Source: an uncultured delta proteobacterium
GTDB taxonomy: Bacteria > Desulfobacterota > Binatia > UBA9968
Length of the DNA: 64,000 bases
Direction: 5' to 3'
Assembly: GCA_963760795.1 (NCBI GenBank)
Contig: CAVXEP010000029.1
Location: forward strand, 320,001-384,000
Position numbers and translations under genes: made by a program. A model generated the notes under the pieces. That model saw nothing but the letters and a program-made list of their open reading frames with translations. It did no database searches and was not told where the DNA came from. Positions 8,689 through 18,046 of the stretch are shown here, piece by piece. Numbering within the stretch: the first letter of the stretch is position 1; the number at the start of each line of letters is the position of its first letter.

Positions 8689-10101
8689 ATGTCCACGGGA
8701 AAAATTCTCGTCGTCGACGACGACCGCAATCTCCTCGAATTGGTTCGCACCAGGCTCGAAGCAGCCAAGTACGAGGTGGTAACGGCCGTCAAAGGCGAGG
8801 AGGCCAAAGAAGCACTCAACGGTGATAGCATTGATCTCTCCATTGTTGACTTGAAGCTTGCCGGCCAAGACGGCATGTCAATTATGGAGGAATTACATGC
8901 AATCAATCCCGCCCTGCCGGTGATTATTCTCACTGGCTATGGAAGTATCGAAGGCGCCGTAGAGGCCATCAAGAGAGGCGCCTACGGCTATCTTACCAAG
9001 CCCATCGATCCCACGGAGCTGCAATTGCAGATCGGCCGAGCGCTGGAAAATCGCCGGCTTGTCTCTGAGAACGTGCGGCTTAAGGAACTGCTCAAGGAAA
9101 AATACGATTTTACCAATATCGTAGCCAAGAGCGAGGTCATGCAGAAGGTGCTGGCGGGGGTTTCGCGAATCGCCCAGACCGAATCTACGGTCCATATTCA
9201 AGGCGAAAGTGGCACAGGCAAGGAGGTGATCGCCAAGGCTATTCATCTTGCCAGCGAGAGGAAAAATAAGCCCTTCGTGGCGATCAATTGCGCCGCCGTC
9301 CCTGAAGCATTGCTGGAGAGCGAACTGTTCGGTCACGAAAAGGGATCGTTCACCGGCGCGGTGCGCAGCACCAAGGGATATTTTGCGCAGGCTCATCAAG
9401 GCACTATTTTATTAGATGAAATTGGCGATATGCCGATGTCGATCCAACCTAAACTCCTGCGCGCGTTGGAGGAGCGGCAATTTTATCCCATTGGCAGCGA
9501 AAAGCCGATTCAAGTGGATGTCAGGGTTATTGTCGCCACCAAGAAGGATCTTGAAGAAGAAGTACGAAAGGGGCTATTTCGCGAGGATCTCTTCTACCGG
9601 ATTCATGTTATTCCGGTTCGTCTCCCGCCACTGCGGGAACGGAAAGAAGATATCCCACACCTGGTAAGCCATCTGCTGGAGAAAATCGCGCGGCAATCAA
9701 AAAAGGATGTGAAAAGTCTCACACCTCAAGCCATGAAGAAGCTGATGCTGCATGATTGGCCGGGCAATGTTCGCGAGCTCGAAAACACCTTGGAGTACGC
9801 CGTCACGATGGCCGAGGGGGAGGTGGTCACGGAAGAGCTTTTATTCGAAACCAGAGCCCAGACGGCTATCGGAGCGCAGGAGTCCGCTCTCCGATATGAC
9901 TTGCTACCGGTGGATGGCCCGCTCAAATCTCTCAAAGAAGCGCGGGCGGACTTTGAAAAAGCATACCTTGTCCGCTTGCTCCAGCACAGCAGTGGCAGTG
10001 CAGCAAAAGCCGCGGAGATTGCCGGGAAATACCGGGCCGATTTCTATGACCTACTGAAGAAACACGGCATCAATCTCCAAGCGTTTAAAAAGGCGAACTA
10101 G
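8689..10101 (+). CDS. sigma54-dependent response regulator (GlrR/NtrC family), paralog of 2431-3879
   Basis: Receiver + AAA+ (GESGTGKE, GSFTGA, LLDEIGD, WPGNVRELEN) + identical HTH AGKYRADFYDLLKKHG. Confidence 0.95.
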   Translation: MSTGKILVVDDDRNLLELVRTRLEAAKYEVVTAVKGEEAKEALNGDSIDLSIVDLKLAGQDGMSIMEELHAINPALPVIILTGYGSIEGAVEAIKRGAYGYLTKPIDPTELQLQIGRALENRRLVSENVRLKELLKEKYDFTNIVAKSEVMQKVLAGVSRIAQTESTVHIQGESGTGKEVIAKAIHLASERKNKPFVAINCAAVPEALLESELFGHEKGSFTGAVRSTKGYFAQAHQGTILLDEIGDMPMSIQPKLLRALEERQFYPIGSEKPIQVDVRVIVATKKDLEEEVRKGLFREDLFYRIHVIPVRLPPLRERKEDIPHLVSHLLEKIARQSKKDVKSLTPQAMKKLMLHDWPGNVRELENTLEYAVTMAEGEVVTEELLFETRAQTAIGAQESALRYDLLPVDGPLKSLKEARADFEKAYLVRLLQHSSGSAAKAAEIAGKYRADFYDLLKKHGINLQAFKKAN

Positions 10102-10344
10102 ACATTTACTGATCCTTGCCCCGTTCGGAATTCCCAATCGCAATCTCGCTGTTACTAATTGCCATCAACGTTTGTCGATTTCGATGGAGCGTGTGTCTAT
10201 GGTTGTAATTTCAAACAGCGAGGTCAAAAGGCCATAGCAATTCACAATTCAGCACTAGAAGATCATCCCCGGATTGGTTCCTGGTACCTGTGGATTTGAC
10301 GATGTTGATGCAATATCGCCTGGCTTGATTATGAATAGGCTGGC

Positions 10345-10650
10345 CTATGTGGGTTTGATGAAATGAACTATTCCTGCGATGACGAAGGACCCTATAAAAG
10401 CCGCGATCAAGTCGATAAGAATGCGCAGCCCCTGCAGGCTGTCGAGATATTCGCTAAGGTGAAAATAGTTAATTACGAAGTGACCGAGGACGAAACCGAT
10501 CGCGCCGATTATTGTGAAACCGATCACTCCCGGGCGGCGCTCGGCCGCGACCAGCCGCGTCGCCAGAAACCCGGCGATGAACGCCATCACCAAACTCGCG
10601 GCCAAGTTTGTTTCTATATGGGCGACGACTTGTTGAAGGGCTTCTGGCAC
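10345..10650 (-). CDS. GlsB/YeaQ/YmgE-like membrane protein
   Basis: AFIAGFLA..IIGAIGFVLG..LIAAFIGSFVI hydrophobic pattern; directly downstream of thiE. Confidence 0.6.
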   Translation of the reverse strand: MPEALQQVVAHIETNLAASLVMAFIAGFLATRLVAAERRPGVIGFTIIGAIGFVLGHFVINYFHLSEYLDSLQGLRILIDLIAAFIGSFVIAGIVHFIKPT

Positions 10651-10654
10651 GGTT

Positions 10655-11281
10655 TTACCTCGTGAGCAGCGCTAACAGCTGTTGCGCCGCTTGGTTGGGC
10701 TCATCGGCGCTCATGATTGCCGAAATCAGGGCCACGCCGCGGCTGCCCACTTTTTGGGTTTCCGGTAAATTTTCCAGCTTGATTCCTCCTATAGCATAAA
10801 CGTCTAGGGAAATCTTTGCGACAATTTTTCTTAGCGCGTTGAGCCCTTGTGGAGCCCCATAAGCGGCTTTGGATGGTGTGAAAAAAACCGGCCCGAACAC
10901 GATGAAATCGGCGCCTTCCCGTTCTGCTTTGCAAGCGCCTTCGAGAGAGTGGGTAGAAACACCGATGATTCGTTGCGTTCCCAAGAGCGTGCGGGCGGCC
11001 GGGACCGGCATGGAGCTTTCGCTAAGGTGCACCCCTGCGGCGTTCACCGCAAGCGCGACATCGACCCGATCATTGATAAATAATTGGGCTTGATAGCGGT
11101 GACATAGGTGCGAAACCCGCTCCGCGAGGCTAAACAGTTCTTTGCCGCTCAGATCCTTTTCGCGTAGTTGGACCGCTCTGACGCCACCGTCCAAGGCGCG
11201 CTCCAGCACCCAGAGAAGATCACGCCCGTGGGTAAGCTTGCGGTCGGTAACGAGGTATAGATCGAAATTCGGCTGGGGCAC
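10655..11281 (-). CDS. thiE: Thiamine-phosphate synthase
   Basis: LYLVTD, VQLREK, INDRVD, GVHL, GVSTHS, FFTPSK, AIGGI. Confidence 0.95.
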   Translation of the reverse strand: MPQPNFDLYLVTDRKLTHGRDLLWVLERALDGGVRAVQLREKDLSGKELFSLAERVSHLCHRYQAQLFINDRVDVALAVNAAGVHLSESSMPVPAARTLLGTQRIIGVSTHSLEGACKAEREGADFIVFGPVFFTPSKAAYGAPQGLNALRKIVAKISLDVYAIGGIKLENLPETQKVGSRGVALISAIMSADEPNQAAQQLLALLTR

Positions 11282-11290
11282 TTGCGTCAG

Positions 11291-12070
11291 CTAATTGAGC
11301 ATACCATCCAGCGGGCTCGAGGCGGTGGCGTAAAGTTTTTTGGCTATGCGGCCGGCGAGATAGGCTTTGCGGCCGGCTTCAACGCCCTGGCGCATCGCTT
11401 CGGCCATCAAGATTGGATCTTTGGCGCCGGCGATAGCGGTGTTCATTAAAACTCCGGCGCAGCCCATTTCCATAGCTACCGCCGCATCCGAGGCCGTGCC
11501 CACACCGGCGTCGACGATCACCGGCACTTTGGCGTGCTCCAAAATAATTCTGATGTTGTACGGGTTCCGAATGCCCAGCCCGGAGCCGATCGGCGCCGCC
11601 AACGGCATCACCGCGGCGCAGCCCATGTCTTCGAGTTTTTGGGCTGTGATGGGATCGTCGGTAATGTAGGGCAGGACGATGAAGCCCTCTTTGACTAGTG
11701 TCTTGGCGGCGTCGAGGGTCGCCGGCACATCGGGGAAAAGCGTTCTGTCATCGCCGATCACTTCGAGTTTGACGAGTTTACCCACGCCCGCTTCGCGGGC
11801 GAGCCGGCAGGTGCGCACGGCGTCATCGGCGTTATAGCAGCCGGCAGTGTTGGGCAGGATCGTGTATTTCTTGGGGTCGAGATAGTCGAGAAGATTTTCT
11901 TTGTTGGGATCCGTAATATTGACGCGGCGCACGGCCACGGTGACGATTTCGGCGCCAGAGACTTCGATGGCTTTTTTCGTTTCGGCGAAGTCTTTGTATT
12001 TTCCGGTGCCGACGATGAGCCGCGAACGGAACTTCGTGCCGGCTAGTTCAAAAAAGTCTTCCATGGTCAT
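11291..12070 (-). CDS. thiG: Thiazole synthase
   Basis: [40 protein letters not shown]. Confidence 0.97.
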   Translation of the reverse strand: MTMEDFFELAGTKFRSRLIVGTGKYKDFAETKKAIEVSGAEIVTVAVRRVNITDPNKENLLDYLDPKKYTILPNTAGCYNADDAVRTCRLAREAGVGKLVKLEVIGDDRTLFPDVPATLDAAKTLVKEGFIVLPYITDDPITAQKLEDMGCAAVMPLAAPIGSGLGIRNPYNIRIILEHAKVPVIVDAGVGTASDAAVAMEMGCAGVLMNTAIAGAKDPILMAEAMRQGVEAGRKAYLAGRIAKKLYATASSPLDGMLN

Positions 12071-12270
12071 CCTCCGCCCACGAAGTGGACGATTTCTAAT
12101 GTGTCGCTATCGTTGATCAATGTCGCGTTATAGCGATCGCGCGGGACGATCTCCCGGTTGCGCTCCACGACCACGCGGCCCGGCCGAATTTGCAGCGATT
12201 CCAACAGCGCGGTCAGCGTCAGGCCGTTGTCGAATTCCCGCTCTTCACCGTTAATTTTAACTTTCATCAC
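12067..12270 (-). CDS. thiS: Sulfur carrier protein ThiS
   Basis: 67 aa, [10 protein letters not shown]-terminal FVGGG. Confidence 0.95.
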   Translation of the reverse strand: MMKVKINGEEREFDNGLTLTALLESLQIRPGRVVVERNREIVPRDRYNATLINDSDTLEIVHFVGGG

Positions 12271-12273
12271 AAT

Positions 12274-12325
12274 AAAAAAACCGCATTCGCACAGACCACC
12301 CGATTGTGGTCAGGGAATACGGTTT
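12274..12325 (-). terminator. Intrinsic terminator (TPP riboswitch expression platform)
   Basis: Minus strand AAACCGTATTC..GACCAC-loop-GTGGTC..GAATGCGGTTT followed by a U-run, between aptamer and thiS. Confidence 0.8.
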
Positions 12326-12368
12326 CAAGTGGGTTACGCCGAATCGACTTCGACGCGACTTTGACTTT

Positions 12369-12462
12369 CACGCTTCCCTACGCCGGTGCGACCCGGATCA
12401 GGTTCAAAGGGTTACCCGTTTTTCAGGCTCTCAGTCTGACTCTGGCAGACACCCCTAGCAAC
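12369..12462 (-). ncRNA. TPP riboswitch
   Basis: Minus strand AGGGGTG..CTGAGA..ACCC..GAACCTGATCCGGGTCGCACCGGCGTAGGGAAG, upstream of thiSGE. Confidence 0.95.
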
Positions 12463-12622
12463 GACAGCACCCTTAACAAAGCACTAGCTCCAAGTCAAAT
12501 TCGCCTCGCCGAATGCTTGATTCTAGAACTTTTGACGGAGCGGAGACTTCAACTGCCGAACGGTGGCCGGATAATCCTATCCGGCCACCGCTAATCGGAG
12601 TTGTTCTTGGCGAGTCAACGTA

Positions 12623-13569
12623 TTACGGCGCGACGATGTCGACATGGAGACTGCCGATGCCTTCGATTTCACCTTCGACCTTGTCGCCGGGATTGAGAAA
12701 CACCGGCGGCACGCGGGCGAAGCCGACGCCTGAAGGGGTGCCGGTGCTGATGATGTCGCCCGGCTCCAGCGTCATACCGCCGGAAAGCGATTCGATGATC
12801 GTCGGGATGTCGAAGATCATGTCCCGGGTATTGCCGTCCTGCATGACTTGGCCGTTGACTCGGCAGACGAGTCGCACTTGTTGCGGGTCGGGCATGGCGC
12901 TCTTGTGGACGATCCATGGTCCAAGCGGGCAAAGCGTATCGAGGGCCTTGCCTTTGAACCATTGGCCGTGGATTCGTTGCAGCTCGCGGGCGGTCATGTC
13001 GAGACAGATGGTGTAGCCAAACACGTAGTCATAGGCTTTGGCTTTGGGAATATCGCGGCCTTTTTTGCCGATGACCAAGGCCAACTCGACTTCCCAATCG
13101 AGCTTGTCAGTGACTTTATGTTTGATGACTTTGCCATACTGGCCGATGACGGAGGTGGCTGGTTTGGTGAAGAACACCGGATAGTCGGGATATTTAATAT
13201 CCAGTTGGCGCGCCCGGGCGCCTTCGTCGACATGCTCGCGGTAGTTGATGCCGAGCATGACGCAATTCTTTCTTGGCGTCGGAAGTCGGAGAAATGATCT
13301 TGGCCTGAGTTGGCTTTACCAGGGCACCTGCGGCGACGAGTTTTTTTTGCTCGTCGGGATTCTTGCCCGCCACATACTTTCCCGCGTTGCGCGCTACCTG
13401 CATCGCTTTGCCGCCGGCTTCGATGAACGCTTGCATGCTTGTCAGAGAACGGCGCGTTGCCGCCTTTGAGATAGCGCCGATTGACTTCGGCCAAATCGAT
13501 AATCTGATCCTGCGGCCCCATCAGGCCGACACGTTGCTGGTTCTTGCGCGTAAAAGTGACTAGTCGCAT
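12623..13569 (-). CDS. Fumarylacetoacetate hydrolase family protein (two +1 frameshifts, ~13445 and ~13287)
   Basis: MRLVTF..; GINYREH, FFTKP, DWEVEL, DMTARELQ, KGKALDT, GDIISTGTPSG spread over three frames. Confidence 0.85.
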
Positions 13570-13595
13570 GGCTCCTCCAGAAAAAATTGATCTAA

Positions 13596-14591
13596 CTAAA
13601 TGCCGATTCGCAACAGTTTACAAGCGTTGGCGCTGGCGATCTGCTCCAGGCTGGCGCGGTCAATGCGCGCCGCGCCCAGTGAGGCCACCGGTTCGGGATC
13701 GCCCATGTCATAGGGATAGTCGCTGCCCAACACCACATGATCGGCGCCGAAGTTGGCGACCAAATATTCCAGCGCCATGGTGCTATGGGTGATGGTGTCG
13801 AAGTTGAGCAGCTTGAGATATTCTCCCGGCGGCTTGGAAATTTTCGCTGTTGCCGAGTCTTGAATCCGATAGCCGCGGTCCAGTCGGCCCCAGGTATAAG
13901 GCAAGAAGCCGCCGGCGTGGGCGAGCAAGAGTTTTAGTCTCGGATAACGTTCGAGCACGCCGCTGAAAATCAGTTTGGCAATCGCCAGGGAAGTGTCGGT
14001 CGGATTGCCGATCAGGTTGGCGAGATTGAACTCCTTCATGCGATCGGCGCCGACCACCTGATTGGGGTGGACGAAGATCAATGCATCCAACGCTTGGGCC
14101 GCTTCCCAAAATGGATTGAATGCCGGATCGTCGAAGTAGCGGCCGTTGATATTCGACGCGATCTCGACGCCGCGCAGGCCGAGTTTACCCATCGCCCGTT
14201 CTAGTTCACCCACGGCCTTGGCGCTGTCCTGCATCGGAACGGACCCGAGGGCGACCAGGCGCTTAGGATGCTTAGCGACCGCTTCGGCCAAGCGATCGTT
14301 AAGCCACTGGGCGTATTCCAACGACTCTTCAGCGGCCATCCAGTAAAAAAAATAAGTACTCGCCGGCGACAGCGCCTGTATGTCGACCCCCTGGCTATCC
14401 ATAATCGACAGCCGCAGGTCGAGGTCGGAGAATTCGGCTTTGAGCTGGGTCAAATATGGCTTGCCATCGCGGCTGACGATCTCGCGTCCGCGCTCGTTTT
14501 TGTCGAGCTTCATGCCATGACGCTTGCCGATCTCGCTGGCGACTTTGAGACTGTCGGCGGGAACGAAGTGGGCGTGAATGTCGATATTCAT
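13596..14591 (-). CDS. Amidohydrolase_2 family (ACMSD-like decarboxylase)
   Basis: IDIHAH, FVHP, AHAGG, LGSDYPYDM. Confidence 0.9.
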   Translation of the reverse strand: MNIDIHAHFVPADSLKVASEIGKRHGMKLDKNERGREIVSRDGKPYLTQLKAEFSDLDLRLSIMDSQGVDIQALSPASTYFFYWMAAEESLEYAQWLNDRLAEAVAKHPKRLVALGSVPMQDSAKAVGELERAMGKLGLRGVEIASNINGRYFDDPAFNPFWEAAQALDALIFVHPNQVVGADRMKEFNLANLIGNPTDTSLAIAKLIFSGVLERYPRLKLLLAHAGGFLPYTWGRLDRGYRIQDSATAKISKPPGEYLKLLNFDTITHSTMALEYLVANFGADHVVLGSDYPYDMGDPEPVASLGAARIDRASLEQIASANACKLLRIGI

Positions 14592-14779
14592 GGGTTAGGC
14601 CGTGGTCAGACTCCCCGGACAGCTACCGGAGGGTCGGCTAATTGTCAAGTTAAACGGCGATCGTTGGCCTAGCATCGGCGCCTGGTTTCGGCTTAATCTA
14701 ACGAAATCATTGCCTGTGGAAATCGCCGGTGATAGCTTTGGCCATGGCCAGCAGGCGTAGAAGAGAAAATCAAGTAACC

Positions 14780-14977
14780 ATGCGTGAGGGCGACCGCATC
14801 CTCATCAACAAGGGCATCGCAAAAAAAATCATGATCATCGCGCGCACCGAGATTCCGCACTCGACGGAACGTATCTTCGTCACTAAATCGGGTGGCAAGT
14901 ACACCATCGGCTTGAAAGTATGGCGCTCGGATTACGCCTGGAGTGAAAAAAACCAGATGTGGGTGCCGAGGAATTAA
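14780..14977 (+). CDS. Hypothetical small basic protein
   Basis: Fills the intergenic gap; protein-like composition, ends WSEKNQMWVPRN. Confidence 0.6.
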   Translation: MREGDRILINKGIAKKIMIIARTEIPHSTERIFVTKSGGKYTIGLKVWRSDYAWSEKNQMWVPRN

Positions 14978-15059
14978 GCACGGGTCGAAATTTCTGACTT
15001 CGTGGCTCTGCTGGGCGCCATTCGCTCGATATCATAACTTCATTTGCCACTAACTCGCT

Positions 15060-16424
15060 GTGAAACGCGATCTACCCACCGTTATCGCCGAACTCAAAAG
15101 TGGCAAAGGATCGCAACTCTTGTTGCTCTTCGGTGACGATCTGCAAGTGCAAGAGACTTGCAAGCAAGTGGTCGATAGTTTGGTGCCGCAAGACCGAAGA
15201 GGTTTTAATTTCGAACGCTTCGATGGCCGGACGGTGAGCTGGGATCAAGTGGAGGGCTCGCTGATGACGCCGCCATTTTTTCCCGGCAAAAAAGTCTTGT
15301 GGGTGGAAAACGCGCCGTATTTTTTCTCACGTGAACAAAAAGGTGAGTTGGGCGAAAAGATTCTCGAGCTTTGGCGTGAGGGGCGGCGCGACGATGCCGC
15401 CAAATTGCTGGCGGATCTTTTAATTGTCGAAGGCTGGAACCAAGAGCGCTGGGAGCGGCTGGATACGGCGGCGTCACGCCAGCTCATGGGGCTGCTCGAT
15501 GTCGACGGCAGTGCGGCGCAGGAGGAAGTCGGCGTGCTGCTGGCTTATGCCAAGAGCCGCGATCTTGATCTGAGCAAACGCAAAGGCGCCGACGGCCATC
15601 GCTTGGGCGAATTGCTCGATGGCAAGTTGCCGGAATGGGCATTTTTACTGCTCTCCGCGGTGCAAGTCGACCGGCGGACAAAACTATTCAAACGTTTCGA
15701 AGAGTTGGGCGCGGCATTGTTTCTCGGCTTGGAGCGTGACCGCTACGGCAAAGTCGATCGCGACAGTCTGCTTAACTTCATCTCCCAACGGCTGCGTCAG
15801 GCGGGCAAGAATATCGAGCCCCATGCTCGCGACTTGATCGTCGCCCGTGCCGGCGACGATCTCCGTACTTTGCAACAGGAACTCGACAAGCTGCTGCTTT
15901 ATGCCGCCGAGCGGCCGGCAATTCAGCCGCAGGACGTCGAGGCGGTGGTTGCCGACCACGGCGAAGGCTGGATTTTCGATCTCACCCGCGCCATCGCTGA
16001 CCGCGATGCCCTGGGCGCGCTCGGGCAACTGTCCCGGTTGATGGGCCAGGGCGAACATCCGTTAAAGATTTTGGGCACCATCGCCGGCGAAGTGCGCCGT
16101 CTGCTCGCCGCCCGGCAGCTTTTGGACGGCGACCTGCGGCCCCATTGGAAACGCGGCATCAGCTACCAACAATTTCAGCAGATCGCCGCCAAGCAGGGAA
16201 GCGCTGCGCTGACGCGCAGTCCATACGCCGACTATATGTGCTTTCAACGCGCCGAACGGTTCGCCATGGCGGAGCTCGTTGTCCATATGGAATCCTTGTT
16301 CGAGGCCGACCTGCGGCTCAAGTCGAGCGGCGGCCAACCGCGGCTGGTGATGGAAAAGTTGATTCTCGGCATGTGTCTGGCCGCCCGCCGCACTCAGCCG
16401 CAAAGTGTCGTTCCAGCTAGGTAA
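15060..16424 (+). CDS. holA: DNA polymerase III subunit delta
   Basis: LLFGDD, FNFERFDG, PPFFPGKK, GDDLRTLQQELDKL, IFDLTRAI, DLRLKSSG..RLVMEKLIL; longer than usual. Confidence 0.85.
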   Translation: MKRDLPTVIAELKSGKGSQLLLLFGDDLQVQETCKQVVDSLVPQDRRGFNFERFDGRTVSWDQVEGSLMTPPFFPGKKVLWVENAPYFFSREQKGELGEKILELWREGRRDDAAKLLADLLIVEGWNQERWERLDTAASRQLMGLLDVDGSAAQEEVGVLLAYAKSRDLDLSKRKGADGHRLGELLDGKLPEWAFLLLSAVQVDRRTKLFKRFEELGAALFLGLERDRYGKVDRDSLLNFISQRLRQAGKNIEPHARDLIVARAGDDLRTLQQELDKLLLYAAERPAIQPQDVEAVVADHGEGWIFDLTRAIADRDALGALGQLSRLMGQGEHPLKILGTIAGEVRRLLAARQLLDGDLRPHWKRGISYQQFQQIAAKQGSAALTRSPYADYMCFQRAERFAMAELVVHMESLFEADLRLKSSGGQPRLVMEKLILGMCLAARRTQPQSVVPAR

Positions 16425-16426
16425 CT

Positions 16427-16960
16427 ATGCTTCGCCTGCTCGCCGCGCAGCTTCTTTGGCTCGCCCTTGTTCCCTCAGTCTGCGTGGCTGAAATGGTCGT
16501 GCAGGCTTGTTTCAGCCCCCAGGGCAAATGCTCGGCGCATATCCTGCGCGAGATCGACCAAGCTAAAAAAGAGTTGCTAGTGGCGGTCTACGCGTTCACC
16601 AACGACGACCTGGCCAGCGCGCTGGTGCAGGCGAAAAAACGCGGCGTCGCGGTCCAGGTCGTGATCGACCGCGACTTCGACACTCGCACGGAAAATTCCA
16701 AGGGAAAGTATTTCGAAGCGCATAAAGTACCGCTGCGCCGGCTGTCAGGGACAAAGTCCAAAAGTCAGGAGCGCGACGCCGGCTTGATGCACCAAAAGTT
16801 CGCCGTCATCGACCGCAAGACTGTTTTTACCGGTTCGTATAACTGGACCCATTCGGCGGAAAACGCCAACGACGAAAATCTCCTGCTCTTTCGTGACGCC
16901 GGGCCGCTTGCCGAGGACTATCGCCAAGCCTTCTTGCGCCTATGGGAGAGGAAGCCGTAA
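16427..16960 (+). CDS. Secreted single-HKD phospholipase D-family nuclease (Nuc-like)
   Basis: Signal peptide; FSP, VAVYAFT, MHQKFAVID..TGSYNWT..A..NDENLL. Confidence 0.85.
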   Translation: MLRLLAAQLLWLALVPSVCVAEMVVQACFSPQGKCSAHILREIDQAKKELLVAVYAFTNDDLASALVQAKKRGVAVQVVIDRDFDTRTENSKGKYFEAHKVPLRRLSGTKSKSQERDAGLMHQKFAVIDRKTVFTGSYNWTHSAENANDENLLLFRDAGPLAEDYRQAFLRLWERKP

Positions 16961-17502
16961 TGAGTCGCGCAGTGGGAACCGGTTTGCTCGTTGTGCTGGC
17001 TTTCGCCGCTGGCCTGTTCACTCATGGCTTGTACCAACGCTGGAATCCCTCGGCCAGCGACGCACCGCCGGCAAGGGGTTCACTGGCAGAATTGTCTGGT
17101 GAATCCACGGCAGCGACCGGGCTAGCTCATCGGGTGACCTACCTACCGATGGCGGAGCCGGCGCTACCAACCGAGAAGGCCGCTGAAGTTCCGACATTAG
17201 CGGCCCGAGATGTGGAGAAAATCCGCGCGCTTACCGGCCAGCAAGCGCGGGTGCGTGGCCGGGTGTTTCGGGTCGGCCATTCTGCCAAGAGCAATACCCA
17301 TTTTCTTAACTTCGGTCCCTCCCGGGAGGCGCTGACCGCGGTGATTTTTTCTTCGTCGGTGGAGATGTTTGAAAAGAACCAGCTGGAGCCGAAGAAACTT
17401 GAGAATAAGGAAATAGAAATCACCGGTCAGATCAAAGACCATCCGCAGTATGGCTTGGAGATGATTCTCGAGAATCCGAAGCAAGTGAAGATTATCAATT
17501 AG
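16960..17502 (+). CDS. Membrane-anchored OB-fold protein
   Basis: TAATG overlap with the nuclease; N-terminal TM; VRGRVFRVG..FLNFG..TAVIF..EIEITGQI. Confidence 0.7.
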   Translation: MSRAVGTGLLVVLAFAAGLFTHGLYQRWNPSASDAPPARGSLAELSGESTAATGLAHRVTYLPMAEPALPTEKAAEVPTLAARDVEKIRALTGQQARVRGRVFRVGHSAKSNTHFLNFGPSREALTAVIFSSSVEMFEKNQLEPKKLENKEIEITGQIKDHPQYGLEMILENPKQVKIIN

Positions 17503-17541
17503 CGGTTGAGCAAGATCGCCAATAAAGGAAAGGTGCCGTCC

Positions 17542-17721
17542 ATGGGCGAAGCCACTAAAAAATGCATGATCTGCGCAAAACCTTCTGAGGCCTTAAAGGG
17601 CGGCATTTGCCAGCCCTGCGAAGAGCGAATTCGCCGCGAGGCTTTGGGCGAGCAGGCCGGTGTTGCCGACCGCGCCGAGCGGGAAATCTCGCGCCAGGGA
17701 ATCGCGCCGACTAAAAAGTAA
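17542..17721 (+). CDS. Small CxxC-CxxC zinc-finger protein
   Basis: CMIC..ICQPC followed by a charged helix; purine-rich RBS. Confidence 0.6.
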   Translation: MGEATKKCMICAKPSEALKGGICQPCEERIRREALGEQAGVADRAEREISRQGIAPTKK

Positions 17722-18046
17722 AATCCACAGAGCTCTCGGGACTTCGCAGGTGAAAATTAATCGCGAGGCAGGCAAGCCCTGTCGCAGTGAAGCGAATGGC
17801 TTATGCTTCTCGTTCCTTGAATGCCGTGCGCCGGTAAAGCTGAGCTACGAAAAAAATGACTTTGCTACCAAATAGTTGGATTGCTTGATCGCTGCGGCCT
17901 AGTCTTGCTCAGGGATGGCCGTTTCCACCTAGGGAATTTTCGCGCAATTGCGGCAACTCCCGTCACGAACGGATAGCAGCCGGTGAAAAAACTCGTTTTT
18001 AATTGTCCTCCTTACCAAGGACATGTTATAAAACAATATTATCAGA

